48,318 nucleotides of DNA, from assembly GCA_020054695.1 (NCBI GenBank), contig JAHXBT010000038.1, positions 18,343-66,660 on the forward strand, given 5' to 3'. Shown here in pieces: positions 11,140 through 20,674 of the stretch. The stretch comes from Rickettsiales bacterium. Lineage in GTDB: Bacteria; Pseudomonadota; Alphaproteobacteria; Rickettsiales; UBA1997. Numbering within the stretch: the first letter of the stretch is position 1; each line of letters begins with the position of its first letter. Made by a program: the position numbers and the translations under genes. The notes under the pieces are model-generated. The model had not been told where the DNA came from. It worked only from the letters and a program-made list of their open reading frames with translations, and ran no database searches.

Positions 11140-11191
11140 CGTTAACTTAGTAATACCTTTAGTTTTTTCAAATGGAATTCGTAATCATTGT

Positions 11192-12340
11192 CTACACATG
11201 TCCCAAGCAATATTGTACTATGTTGGTTCTTTTGCAATTAAAACCAGCGGCACAATATGCTAAATAAAATTGCCATTTTTTAAAGAATTTTTCACTATAC
11301 CCTAATTTAAGAATTTCTGATTTTTTAGAATTAAAATTTTCTAACCATTGCAATAATGTTTTATTATAGGAATCACTAAATTGGAACTCCTCAATAATTC
11401 TTAAATTATTATCATTGGCTAATTTTTTAAATATATTTGGTGATGGTAAAAATCCTCCTGGAAAAATATATTCCCTAATATAATCAGAAGTTTTAAGGTA
11501 TTTGTTATAATATTTATCATCAATAACAATAGTTTGAATCATGGCCTTACCATCTTTTTTTAAACATTCTTTTATTTTAGCAAAATAGTCATTCCAATAA
11601 TCTTTGCCAACAGCTTCAAACATTTCAATAGAGACAATATTATCAAATTTTTCTTTTTCTAAACGATAATCTTGAATATAAATTTTGGCATTAAGATTCT
11701 TTTCTTTGATTAAATTATCAGCATATGATTTTTGTTCATGGGATAATGTTAGACCTTTAATATGATAACCTCTTTTACTTGCTTCATGGATAAAACCACC
11801 CCAGCCACAACCAATTTCTAAAATATCAGCACCATTTTTATTAAGATTTTCTAAAATTCTATGATATTTATTTTTTTGAGATTCTGCCAAACAATTATCA
11901 CTATCAAAAATGCCAGAGGAATAGCTCATAGTTTCATCAAGCCATAATTTATAAAAATCATTACCTAAATCATAATGATATTCAATATTTTTTTTACTAC
12001 CCTTAAGGCTATTTTTTTTAAAAAGATTTTTAATTTGAAAAAAGGCTGAATATAGAATATTACTATGAAATAAAGGTTCTAGTTCCTGTTGATTAGCAGT
12101 AATAAAAGACAAAAGATTTTCTAAACTTGTAGTTGTAAAAATATTTTCAATATAGGCTTTACCAAAACCAATATCTCCCTTTGACAAGACTAAGTCAACT
12201 AAATGCCAACTATTAATATTAATATCAGCTTTAATTTTACTATTTTTATCACCAATTTCAATTCTATTTTTTTGTGGAGTGGTGATTTCTAAATAACCAC
12301 TTTTTATTTTTTCTAAATATTTAAGAATTTTTTGTTCCAT
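11192..12340 (-). CDS. cfa: cyclopropane-fatty-acyl-phospholipid synthase family SAM methyltransferase (Cfa/UfaM-like)
   Basis: NIEYHYDLGNDFYKLWLDETMSYS, LEIGCGWG, SIEMFEAVG, YIFPGGFLP, YLAYCAAGF. Confidence 0.93.
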   Translation of the reverse strand: MEQKILKYLEKIKSGYLEITTPQKNRIEIGDKNSKIKADININSWHLVDLVLSKGDIGFGKAYIENIFTTTSLENLLSFITANQQELEPLFHSNILYSAFFQIKNLFKKNSLKGSKKNIEYHYDLGNDFYKLWLDETMSYSSGIFDSDNCLAESQKNKYHRILENLNKNGADILEIGCGWGGFIHEASKRGYHIKGLTLSHEQKSYADNLIKEKNLNAKIYIQDYRLEKEKFDNIVSIEMFEAVGKDYWNDYFAKIKECLKKDGKAMIQTIVIDDKYYNKYLKTSDYIREYIFPGGFLPSPNIFKKLANDNNLRIIEEFQFSDSYNKTLLQWLENFNSKKSEILKLGYSEKFFKKWQFYLAYCAAGFNCKRTNIVQYCLGHV

Positions 12341-13112
12341 TTTCAGAAATTGTTATGTTTTTTATTTGCTTCGGACATTTATAAAATTTAATCTTTTTAG
12401 AAAATAATTTTAAGGCCTGATAATGAATTAATATTGTTGTTTTAAAAGTTGCAAAAGGAATTTTACAAAAATTTATTATTAAATTTCTAGCATTAAATTC
12501 AATAAAATTACATTTTAGATAAGTTGATAATTTTAATTTACCATCCACTAAATAATTAATATAAAAATTCATTTTATTTTCCTTTCTTTCAAATTTAAAT
12601 TTATATTTTCCTTCAATTTCCATAAAAGGAGAAACATAAAATTCTTTTTTAGCCTCTAACCATTCATTAGAATTTATTGGCTCAATATTTTCTTTAACGC
12701 AAAGATAGTTATGTTTTTGTTTGTTTCTATTGCTAACCTCACTTAAAACGGCAATTAAATCATTATTGTTATCTAAACATAGCCAAAAACTAACTGGATT
12801 AAAAACATAACCTAAAATTCTAGGATGGGTAAAAAGAATTATATTTCTAATATTATTTATTTGATTTTTTTGCAAAATATCTTGTAACCAATTAGTTAAA
12901 TATTTTGAATTATTTTGATCATAGTCTTTGTTATAAAAGCTAAAAAGATTAAATTTATTAAAAGAAAATAACTTATTTTTTAATTGATTAATACAAGAAA
13001 TAGGAAAGGAAATATAAATACTATCATATTTAAAAGAATTTTTTTTAGGGAAAAAGCGATGATGCATAATTTCTCCCTTAATTAAAAATGGCTTGTGAAA
13101 ATATTTAAACAT
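12321..13112 (-). CDS. DUF1365-family protein (UfaO-like)
   Basis: MHHRFFPKKNSFKY, PRILGYVFNPVSFW, EVSN, KEFYVSPFM, IHYQALKL. Confidence 0.9.
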   Translation of the reverse strand: MFKYFHKPFLIKGEIMHHRFFPKKNSFKYDSIYISFPISCINQLKNKLFSFNKFNLFSFYNKDYDQNNSKYLTNWLQDILQKNQINNIRNIILFTHPRILGYVFNPVSFWLCLDNNNDLIAVLSEVSNRNKQKHNYLCVKENIEPINSNEWLEAKKEFYVSPFMEIEGKYKFKFERKENKMNFYINYLVDGKLKLSTYLKCNFIEFNARNLIINFCKIPFATFKTTILIHYQALKLFSKKIKFYKCPKQIKNITISENGTKNS

Positions 13113-13113
13113 A

Positions 13114-14367
13114 TTAAATGGGTTTCTTAATGTTAAAATATTTCATAATATTAATAGCAGAATTAAGTCCATCTTCATGAAAACCATATTTAGTCCAAGC
13201 ACCACAAAAATAGATATTTCTTTTATTTTGAATCATATCTAATTTTGCTGCTGCTTCTACCCCATCTAAATTAAAAATTGGATGTTCATAATCATAGCTA
13301 GAAATTATATCTTTTTTAGGAATTTTTTTAAAAGGATTTAAAGTAACAAAAAGAGGTTTATCAGTGCCTAAATTTTGTAAATTATTCATCCAATAGGTCA
13401 AAGAAGCTTGATTATTCTTTTTAGAAGATAAATAAACCCAACTAGCCCAAGCTTTTTTATTTTTAGGCATTTGATTTTTATTTTTATGTAAAACAGCTAT
13501 GTTTTTACTATATTTAATTTTTGATAAAATTTCTTTTTCTTCTTTAGTTTTATCTTTTATAATTTTATAAGTTTGATCAGCGTGAGAAGCAAAAATTACT
13601 TTGTCAAATTCATAATCGCAACCTTTTTTGTCAGTTAAAATAATTTTCTTTCCTTTTTGTTTAGATTTTGTAATTTGACAATTCAATTTAATTTTATCTT
13701 TAAAATCAGCACTTAATTTTTTAATATATTCTTGCGATCCATCCTTGACGGTATACCATTGTGGTTGATTAAAAATTGTCAGAAGACCATGATTATAAAA
13801 AAATTGTAAAAAGTTTTTAGCAGGATAGTTTTTAATTAATTCTAAAGGACAGCTCCAAATAGCACCAGCCATGGGGAAAAGATAATAATTTTTAAAATAT
13901 TCTCCTAATTTTAAATCAGTAATAAATTTATCTAAGGTAGTTTTGTTAGAAATATTATTATTTTTGACTAATTTTATAGCTTCCTTATTGAATTTACCAA
14001 TATCAAGCAACATTTTAAGGAATTTTGGCTTAAAAATATTGGATTTTTGAGCAAATAAACCTCCTAAATCATTACCGCTATATTCAAAATTCTGATCAAA
14101 ATCCCTAATACCAAAGGACATGTTGCTTTTTTCAATTACAACTCCTAATTTTTCAAATAGGTTCTTTAGATTGGGATAGGTTCTAAAATTAAAAACAATA
14201 AAACCAGTATCAACAGCTATTTTCTTACGATCAAAATTAATATTAGCTGTGTTGGAATGGCCGCCAATATAGTCATTTTTTTCAAAAATGGTTAGATCAT
14301 ATTTTTTATGTAAAAAATAACCTGCTGCTAAGGCTGATATGCCAGAGCCAATAATTGCTATTTTCAT
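13114..14367 (-). CDS. FAD-dependent oxidoreductase, amine-oxidase family (UfaD-like fatty-acid desaturase)
   Basis: IIGSGISAL, GGHSNT, VDTGFIVFN, NHGLL, WASWVY, YEHP, GFHEDG. Confidence 0.92.
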   Translation of the reverse strand: MKIAIIGSGISALAAGYFLHKKYDLTIFEKNDYIGGHSNTANINFDRKKIAVDTGFIVFNFRTYPNLKNLFEKLGVVIEKSNMSFGIRDFDQNFEYSGNDLGGLFAQKSNIFKPKFLKMLLDIGKFNKEAIKLVKNNNISNKTTLDKFITDLKLGEYFKNYYLFPMAGAIWSCPLELIKNYPAKNFLQFFYNHGLLTIFNQPQWYTVKDGSQEYIKKLSADFKDKIKLNCQITKSKQKGKKIILTDKKGCDYEFDKVIFASHADQTYKIIKDKTKEEKEILSKIKYSKNIAVLHKNKNQMPKNKKAWASWVYLSSKKNNQASLTYWMNNLQNLGTDKPLFVTLNPFKKIPKKDIISSYDYEHPIFNLDGVEAAAKLDMIQNKRNIYFCGAWTKYGFHEDGLNSAINIMKYFNIKKPI

Positions 14368-14395
14368 TTTTAATTATAATTGGTGTTACTCATAA

Positions 14396-15223
14396 TTAAA
14401 CCCTTTTTGGATCGGCATTATAAATGCCAATTAGTTTAGTAGTCTTAGAGAAAAATCCTAATTCACTAAGTGCTAAAGCAACATTTCTATCTTCGGGGTT
14501 ACCTTCGATAGAAATAAAGAATTTTGCTTGCTGGGAAATTCCCCCAGGTATATAACTTTCTAATTTGATCATATTGATATTATTAGTGGCAAATCCTCCA
14601 AGAGATTTATATAAAGCACCTGGAATATTGCGGATAGTAAAAGATAATGTGGTTATAATTTTTCTTTCTTGATCAATCTTACTACATTTTTTTGAAATGA
14701 CCATAAAGATAGTCATATTGTCATTTTTACTATCTTGAATATTTTCTTGCAATATCTCTAAATCATTAATTTTAGCAGCATATCTTGAGCAAATAGCTCC
14801 CAAAGATTTGTCGTTTTTATTAGCAATAAATTTGGCTGCTTCTGCTGTATTGCTATAACTAATTTGTTCAATATCTTTATCAATATTTTCACCACACTGC
14901 ATTAGCGCTTGAGGGTGAGAATATATTTTTTGAATATCTTCAATTTTAGCTCCTGCAATTCCTACCAAATTATGTTCAATTTTGAGAAAATGTTCAGCAA
15001 CAATAAAAAGATTGCTATTTTGTAGTAAATTATGGATTTCAGAAACTCGTCCAGCATAGGAATTTTCTAATGGTAAAATTCCGTAATCAACTTCTTCATT
15101 TGCAACTGCTGAAAACACCTCTTTAAAACTTCGAAACTTGACTGATTTATAATCTGGATAAAATTCATTACATGCCAAATGAGAATAAGCGCCGAATGAT
15201 CCTTGGAAAGCTATTTTATGCAT
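14396..15223 (-). CDS. pheA: prephenate dehydratase
   Basis: AFQGSFGAYS, PLENSYAG, SHPQALMQC, ACT domain PGALYKSLGGFATNNINMIKLES. Start placed at MHKIAFQG; the ORF is open to 15247. Confidence 0.93.
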   Translation of the reverse strand: MHKIAFQGSFGAYSHLACNEFYPDYKSVKFRSFKEVFSAVANEEVDYGILPLENSYAGRVSEIHNLLQNSNLFIVAEHFLKIEHNLVGIAGAKIEDIQKIYSHPQALMQCGENIDKDIEQISYSNTAEAAKFIANKNDKSLGAICSRYAAKINDLEILQENIQDSKNDNMTIFMVISKKCSKIDQERKIITTLSFTIRNIPGALYKSLGGFATNNINMIKLESYIPGGISQQAKFFISIEGNPEDRNVALALSELGFFSKTTKLIGIYNADPKRV

Positions 15224-15315
15224 TGTTTTTATTATTATTTTTATCATCTGATTTTTTGCGTCTTAATAAATTTTGTCGCAAAGCAGATTGTAACTTTTCT
15301 TTTTTAGTTTCTTTT

Positions 15316-16701
15316 TTACTTTTTGGTCTGTTTTTTTTCTGCATTTTTTTCCATAAATTGACCAACAAAATATAATGATCCACAAATTAAAATTCTAGCA
15401 TTATTCTTTTTCCTAAATGGATTTAGTTTTTTAATAAATCCTCTCTTGTTTTGTTTATTATCTCCGTCTATGGCTTGGATATAATAAAATGCTTGTTCAA
15501 AATTTTCGGCATCTATGGCTCTTATACCTACTTCCAAAGCATTTTTAGCAATTTTTTCTGATGTTTTTGTCTGTGTTTCTCCATCTATTTCCATGCCGAT
15601 TGCAAAATCAATATTACCAGAAAGATATTTTAGAAAACGAAAGATATTTTTATTTTCTAACATAGCGCAGATTAAATAGGTAGGAGGAGGTTTGATTCCT
15701 TTTTTGATAAAATTGATATTTTCTTTTATAATCCAATTGCTAATTGCTTTTGCAGAATTTTCATTGTGTCCACCATCAAGAAATATATCATAATTCTTGA
15801 CCATTTTTTTAACTAATTGACCTGATTCAATTTTTTCTAACCTAGCTGGCCATTTTACTTGTTTTAAGCCATGTATTAAATTTAGGTCAGAAACTTCAAT
15901 AGAGTTTTGTGCTAAAATTGCTGCAACTGCCGTACTAGCATTTTCTATTTGATGATGACCAACTAACGATGGTAGCGGTAATTTTATTTTATGGTCATTA
16001 ATTTTTATTTTAATATTATTATCTTCTTCGCTTACATTCCAATCTTTGCCCAAGATATAAAGAGGACATTTTTTCTTTTGAGCTATATAGCTAATAATTT
16101 TTGTAGCTGACTCTTCTTGCTTCCCTATAATTACTGGTATTTTATCTTTTATAATTCCAGATTTTTCAAATGCAATTTTTTCTAGAGAATTACCCAAAAA
16201 TTCCTGATGATCATTGGAGATGGGAGTTATGATGGTTGCAATTGGGTCTAAAATGACGTTAGTTGCATCCAGCCTTCCTCCCATACCAACTTCTAATAGT
16301 AAAATATCAGCTTTAATTTTAGAAAAAGCTAAAAATGCAGCAACTGTTATACCTTCAAAGAATGTTACTTCAATTTTTGGCTCAATTTCGGCGGCTTTTT
16401 GACATTCATTTAATATTTTGGTGAGATAGGAATCATCAATTTGCTTTCCAGCAAGAGATATTCTTTCATTAAATTCAACTAAATGTGGTGAAATATATTT
16501 GTGAACCTTATAGCCAGCATCAGTAAAAATTGCATCAAGATAAGCAATATTAGATCCTTTGCCATTGGTGCCAGCAATATGAATTGTTGGGGGCAGGAGG
16601 TAATGTGGGTTACCTAATCTTTCTAGTAATTTATAAACTCTGTCAAGGCCAAATTTGATATTTCTATATCCTTTTGGTGACGGCCAATGAGGAAACTTCA
16701 T
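15316..16701 (-). CDS. folC: folylpolyglutamate/dihydrofolate synthase
   Basis: HIAGTNGKGS, SPHLVEFNERI, EVGMGGRLDATN, WPARLE, DGGHN, CGSLY. Confidence 0.95.
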   Translation of the reverse strand: MKFPHWPSPKGYRNIKFGLDRVYKLLERLGNPHYLLPPTIHIAGTNGKGSNIAYLDAIFTDAGYKVHKYISPHLVEFNERISLAGKQIDDSYLTKILNECQKAAEIEPKIEVTFFEGITVAAFLAFSKIKADILLLEVGMGGRLDATNVILDPIATIITPISNDHQEFLGNSLEKIAFEKSGIIKDKIPVIIGKQEESATKIISYIAQKKKCPLYILGKDWNVSEEDNNIKIKINDHKIKLPLPSLVGHHQIENASTAVAAILAQNSIEVSDLNLIHGLKQVKWPARLEKIESGQLVKKMVKNYDIFLDGGHNENSAKAISNWIIKENINFIKKGIKPPPTYLICAMLENKNIFRFLKYLSGNIDFAIGMEIDGETQTKTSEKIAKNALEVGIRAIDAENFEQAFYYIQAIDGDNKQNKRGFIKKLNPFRKKNNARILICGSLYFVGQFMEKNAEKKQTKK

Positions 16702-16806
16702 TTTAATTAATTATTAATTTATACTGATATTTAAAAGTTATTATACATATTTCTTTATAACAAAAGTAGCTTTAAAGGTAAGAAATGATATAATATATTT
16801 TCGTTA

Positions 16807-17670
16807 TTATTTATCCTTTTTATTATTAAAGTGATAATTAAATTCAGCACCTGTTATAAATGCTAAAGCTACGAAGAAAAAAAACATTAAGGTTGCAACT
16901 ATACCCGCTAAACTACCGTATAATAAGTTAAATTGGTTAAAATTTTGTAAATATATGGTAAATAATTTTAAAATTAGCCAAAATAAAATAACACATATTA
17001 ACGCGCCGGGTAGAGTATTTTTAAACTTTTGTTTGGTATTAGGTATAACATAATAAATAAAAGCAATTATTTTAATAGATATTAATATTGTAATAATTTT
17101 TTTTAGAGATATTAAATTTTGATTAAAATTTGATATGTCAAAAAAGCTATATGTTATTAAAATTGATGACACTATAAGTAGAAAAAAAACAAAGAATATA
17201 AATTGTCCTATACTTAATAAGCGTCGCCATATATATGGTGGTAAAGAGTCAATACGATATGCCCTATTAAGAATAGTTCTAATACCTTCAATAGCTGAGG
17301 AGGCTGTCCAGATGATGCCAATAAAGGCAATTGTTAATACACTTTGTGGTGGCCCAGAGGTAATTTCTTCAATTCTAGGTGTTACCGCTGAAGATAATTT
17401 TTCAATTCCTATAGAATTAATTAATGAGCTAATCATGTCAGTATCCTGAATTTGATTTGCCATTTGAGAAAATATGGTTGAAAAACTATCCAAATTACTA
17501 GCTAGAGCTATAATTGAAACAAAGAAAATCAAAAAAGGAAAAAGAGATAAAATAAATAAGAATGCCAAATAACCAGCATGTTCTACTCCATCATGAAGGA
17601 CGGTATCTATAATAGAATATGTTAAAGATTTAACAATATGCGATAATAGGTTTTTTATTTTTAAATACAT
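16807..17670 (-). CDS. YihY/virulence factor BrkB family membrane protein
   Basis: AGYLAFLFILSLFPFL, LNRAY, YYVIPN, LYGSLAG, GAEFN. Confidence 0.9.
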   Translation of the reverse strand: MYLKIKNLLSHIVKSLTYSIIDTVLHDGVEHAGYLAFLFILSLFPFLIFFVSIIALASNLDSFSTIFSQMANQIQDTDMISSLINSIGIEKLSSAVTPRIEEITSGPPQSVLTIAFIGIIWTASSAIEGIRTILNRAYRIDSLPPYIWRRLLSIGQFIFFVFFLLIVSSILITYSFFDISNFNQNLISLKKIITILISIKIIAFIYYVIPNTKQKFKNTLPGALICVILFWLILKLFTIYLQNFNQFNLLYGSLAGIVATLMFFFFVALAFITGAEFNYHFNNKKDK

Positions 17671-17746
17671 TGGGTTTGTTGCAAAATCGAAATTATCAAA
17701 TATAATTTTTTAAATTATCTTAGTCAAATATTAAAAGATACAACTA

Positions 17747-17920
17747 ATGAAGCAAAATTTAGATCTAAAACTATTAAAAATTTTGGCTTGCCCAATTTGT
17801 AAGGGCAATGTGTTTCAAGAGGAGGATAAAATTATTTGCCCAAAATGCAACTTATCTTATCCAATAAAAGACAATATTCCCGTAATGATCATAGAAGATG
17901 CAAAAAAATATAAGAAATAA
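17747..17920 (+). CDS. Trm112-family (YcaR-like) protein, 57 aa
   Basis: Manual translation gives MKQNLDLKLLKILACPICKGNVFQEEDKIICPKCNLSYPIKDNIPVMIIEDAKKYKK*, with the LACP..K and YPI.D.IPVM signatures. Below the ORF-track cutoff. Confidence 0.9.
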   Translation: MKQNLDLKLLKILACPICKGNVFQEEDKIICPKCNLSYPIKDNIPVMIIEDAKKYKK

Positions 17921-18572
17921 ATTTACCAAATTAAAAACAGCCAGAGGCAGAACCAACTCTTCTTCTCGTTGGCTCTCGCGTCAATTAAACGACCCTTATG
18001 TAAAACAAGCTCAAGCATTAAATTATCGTTCACGCGCTGCTTTTAAAATTATTGAAATTGATGAAAAATTTCAAATTTTTAAGAAAAATAAAATTATTAT
18101 TGATCTTGGCGCAGCACCGGGAGGTTGGAGTCAAATTGCGGCTTTAAAAAATTCAGGTAATATTTTGGCACTTGATTTATTAGAGATGGAAGAAGTTGAA
18201 GGTGTAAAATTTATACAACAAGATTTTACTGATCCTAATATTATTAAAATTATTGAAAATATTCTACAAAATAATTTCAAGAGTCGTAGAAAATGTGATA
18301 TTATTATGTCGGATATGGCGCAAAATACTTGTGGTGATGTGACAACTGATCATATTAGAATTATCTCTCTTTTAGAAGAGTGTTTAGATTTTTCTATTAA
18401 ATTCCTAAAAGAGGGTGGAATTTTTATTGGTAAGAGTTTTCAGGGTGGTTCGGATCAAGAGTTGTTGCAAAAATTTAAAGATAATTTTAAAATTGTCAAG
18501 CATTTTAAACCAAAATCATCAAGAAAAGAATCTAAAGAAAATTATATTGTAGCAATGGGGTTTAGACATTGA
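17898..18572 (+). CDS. rlmE: 23S rRNA U2552 2'-O-methyltransferase RlmE/FtsJ
   Basis: SSRWLSRQLNDPYV, YRSRAAFK, DLGAAPGGWSQ, SDMA, KPKSSRKESKENY. Confidence 0.96.
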   Translation: MQKNIRNKFTKLKTARGRTNSSSRWLSRQLNDPYVKQAQALNYRSRAAFKIIEIDEKFQIFKKNKIIIDLGAAPGGWSQIAALKNSGNILALDLLEMEEVEGVKFIQQDFTDPNIIKIIENILQNNFKSRRKCDIIMSDMAQNTCGDVTTDHIRIISLLEECLDFSIKFLKEGGIFIGKSFQGGSDQELLQKFKDNFKIVKHFKPKSSRKESKENYIVAMGFRH

Positions 18573-18940
18573 TCATGTAACTTAAGAAATACATGGTGGA
18601 ATTAGTAACATGCTATAAACTTAAACATAATTAATTTACGCTAAATAAAATACTATCTGGCCATCAGATCGATACTTTTTTTAGAAAATTATCCGACGTT
18701 CAAATGGGCAATTATTTAAATATTCAAAGAAAAAGATAATAGATTAATCATATAATACCTCTTTATTTAATTAATCTATTAAATCAATCATATGAACTAT
18801 AGACTAAGTTGTTATAACAATTTTTTGCAATTTGAGAATAAAAAATATTAACCTGAACTATATTATAGTAAAATTATATAATAATGTTATTCATTAATAT
18901 AGAGAAGTTAAAATTAAGATAGTATTTTGCTAAACTAACC

Positions 18941-19012
18941 TGACCCCTACGGGATTCGAACCCGTATTTCCACCGTGAAAGGGTGGCGTCCTAACCATTA
19001 GACGAAGGGGCC
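18941..19012 (-). tRNA. tRNA-Glu (UUC)
   Basis: Reverse complement GGCCCCTTCGTCTAATGGTTAGGACGCCACCCTTTCACGGTGGAAATACGGGTTCGAATCCCGTAGGGGTCA folds as a cloverleaf with anticodon TTC and T-loop GGTTCGAATCC. CCA is not encoded. Confidence 0.96.
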
Positions 19013-19132
19013 AGTGAAAAATGATGACATAGTATCATTAATGGAAGTAAAGGACAATTTTATTTACTGCTTTTAACAAATCAACTTTTAATTTTTCTAT
19101 TTTCTAAATTTAAATTAGAATTAATTCATTTG

Positions 19133-19639
19133 TTAATGATAATGGGTACTGCATATTGCTTGGCAGCAAATTCCTTCTTTTCTTCCTAAAAACCCCATTT
19201 GTTCACAAGTTGTAGCTTTGATATTGAGCTGATTTTGTTCAATTTCTAATAATTTAGTTAAATTTTCTTTCATTTTTACCTTATATTGAGAAATTTTTGG
19301 TTCTTCACAAATTATAGTTAGATCAATATTGACTATTTTGTGTTTTTCTTGTTCAAGTAGCTTTTTAATTTCTAAAAGCATAAATTGAGAATCTATTCCT
19401 TTGAATTTTGGATCATTATCAGGAAAATAATCACCAATATCCCCCTTAGATATTGATCCCAAAATAGCATCAATAATGGCATGAATCACTACGTCACCAT
19501 CAGAATGAGCAATTATCTTTTTTGAAAACTTAACATCAACACCGGCAATTTTAATAAAGTTATTATCAAATTTTTCTTCAGTAAATTTATGAATATCAAT
19601 TCCAATACCTGATTTAACAATATTTTTTTGCTCTTTCAT
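19133..19639 (-). CDS. ispF: 2-C-methyl-D-erythritol 2,4-cyclodiphosphate synthase
   Basis: GIGIDIH, AHSDGDV, GDIGDYFP, NIKATTCEQMGFLGRKEGI. Confidence 0.96.
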   Translation of the reverse strand: MKEQKNIVKSGIGIDIHKFTEEKFDNNFIKIAGVDVKFSKKIIAHSDGDVVIHAIIDAILGSISKGDIGDYFPDNDPKFKGIDSQFMLLEIKKLLEQEKHKIVNIDLTIICEEPKISQYKVKMKENLTKLLEIEQNQLNIKATTCEQMGFLGRKEGICCQAICSTHYH

Positions 19640-20276
19640 AGTCTTCCTTTGTTGTTATTTTAAAATTATTAATGTTGCCGGTGATAATTTTTACAGAGAT
19701 ATTTTCTTTTTCACATAGCGAAGAATCGTCAGTGAATTTTTGGTTTTTATATTTTTGGTGTAGATCGTAAATTAAATTATAAGTAAAAGCCTGAGGGGTT
19801 TGTGCTAAATAAAGATTTTCACGAGAAATTGTTTTTTCTATTGATCCATTTTTTACTTTTTTAATAGTATCAAAAATTGTAATGGCTGGAATTACAGCTT
19901 TATTTTTCTTTAAGCTATAGATTATATTATTGATAATATCATTTGTTACAAAAGGTCTAGCAGCATCGTGAATTAATACTAAGTCTGGATTTAATTGTTG
20001 AATTTTTTCTAAGGCCAACCTAACTGAATCCTGCCTTTCTACACCGCCAAAAATGGGTTCCAAAATATTTAAGTTGCCAATAGAGTTTTTATATAAATCA
20101 ATATCATCTTCTGATATAGAGCAAATAACATCAGAAATTTTTGGATGACTTAGGAAGGGTAAAATAGAATGATATAAAATTGTTTTATTTTTAAATGGTA
20201 AATATTGTTTTGGAATTTTAGATTTCATTCTCTTTCCTTTACCAGCTGCAATAATTATAGTGATTATTTTCATCAT
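19614..20276 (-). CDS. ispD: 2-C-methyl-D-erythritol 4-phosphate cytidylyltransferase
   Basis: AAGKGKRM, PKQY, GGVERQDSV, IHDAARP, QTPQ, TDD, NFKITT. Confidence 0.96.
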   Translation of the reverse strand: MMKIITIIIAAGKGKRMKSKIPKQYLPFKNKTILYHSILPFLSHPKISDVICSISEDDIDLYKNSIGNLNILEPIFGGVERQDSVRLALEKIQQLNPDLVLIHDAARPFVTNDIINNIIYSLKKNKAVIPAITIFDTIKKVKNGSIEKTISRENLYLAQTPQAFTYNLIYDLHQKYKNQKFTDDSSLCEKENISVKIITGNINNFKITTKEDYERAKKYC

Positions 20277-20674
20277 TTAATTTCGGTAATTAAAGAGGCA
20301 GATGCAAACCCGCTATCATTAATTTCTTTTATTATATCCATTACTGTTCCGTAGTTTAATGATTTATCTGCTTTGATAAAAATTTGACTACGCATATCTT
20401 TATTAGTAAGTTTTTTTAATTTTTTACCTAAGGTTTTTAATCTAACTTTTTTCCCTTCTAAATATATTGTTCCGCTACTTTTAACAGCAATAATTACTTT
20501 ATTTTCTTGATAAGAATTTTTCTTTTTAGGTGAGCCTTTGGGCAAGTCAACTTTAATATTGCCACTCATTAAGGGTGCAGAAACCATAAATATTATTAAT
20601 AATACCAAAAGTACATCAACGAAGGGTGTAACATTTATATCACTTATAATTTTTCTTCTATTTCTTTTTCTCAT
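20273..20674 (-). CDS. tolR: TolR/ExbD biopolymer transport protein
   Basis: INVTPFVDVLLVLLIIFMVSAP, VDLP, ADKSLNYG. Confidence 0.88.
   Translation of the reverse strand: MRKRNRRKIISDINVTPFVDVLLVLLIIFMVSAPLMSGNIKVDLPKGSPKKKNSYQENKVIIAVKSSGTIYLEGKKVRLKTLGKKLKKLTNKDMRSQIFIKADKSLNYGTVMDIIKEINDSGFASASLITEIK

Noticed and set aside
14387-14414. CGATCC...AGTA on the minus strand upstream of the lipid cluster, resembling an RpoE/ChrR (TGATCC...CGTA) promoter
   Set aside because: Both boxes have a mismatch, the 18-nt spacer looks too long from my recollection of the consensus, and the -35 lies in pheA coding sequence.
18573-18940. 368-nt spacer at the 3' end of tRNA-Glu as a possible integrated element or decayed gene (AAGAGG plus ATG on the minus strand near 18750)
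   Set aside because: No integrase and no duplicated tRNA 3' end. The ATG opens only 11 codons.
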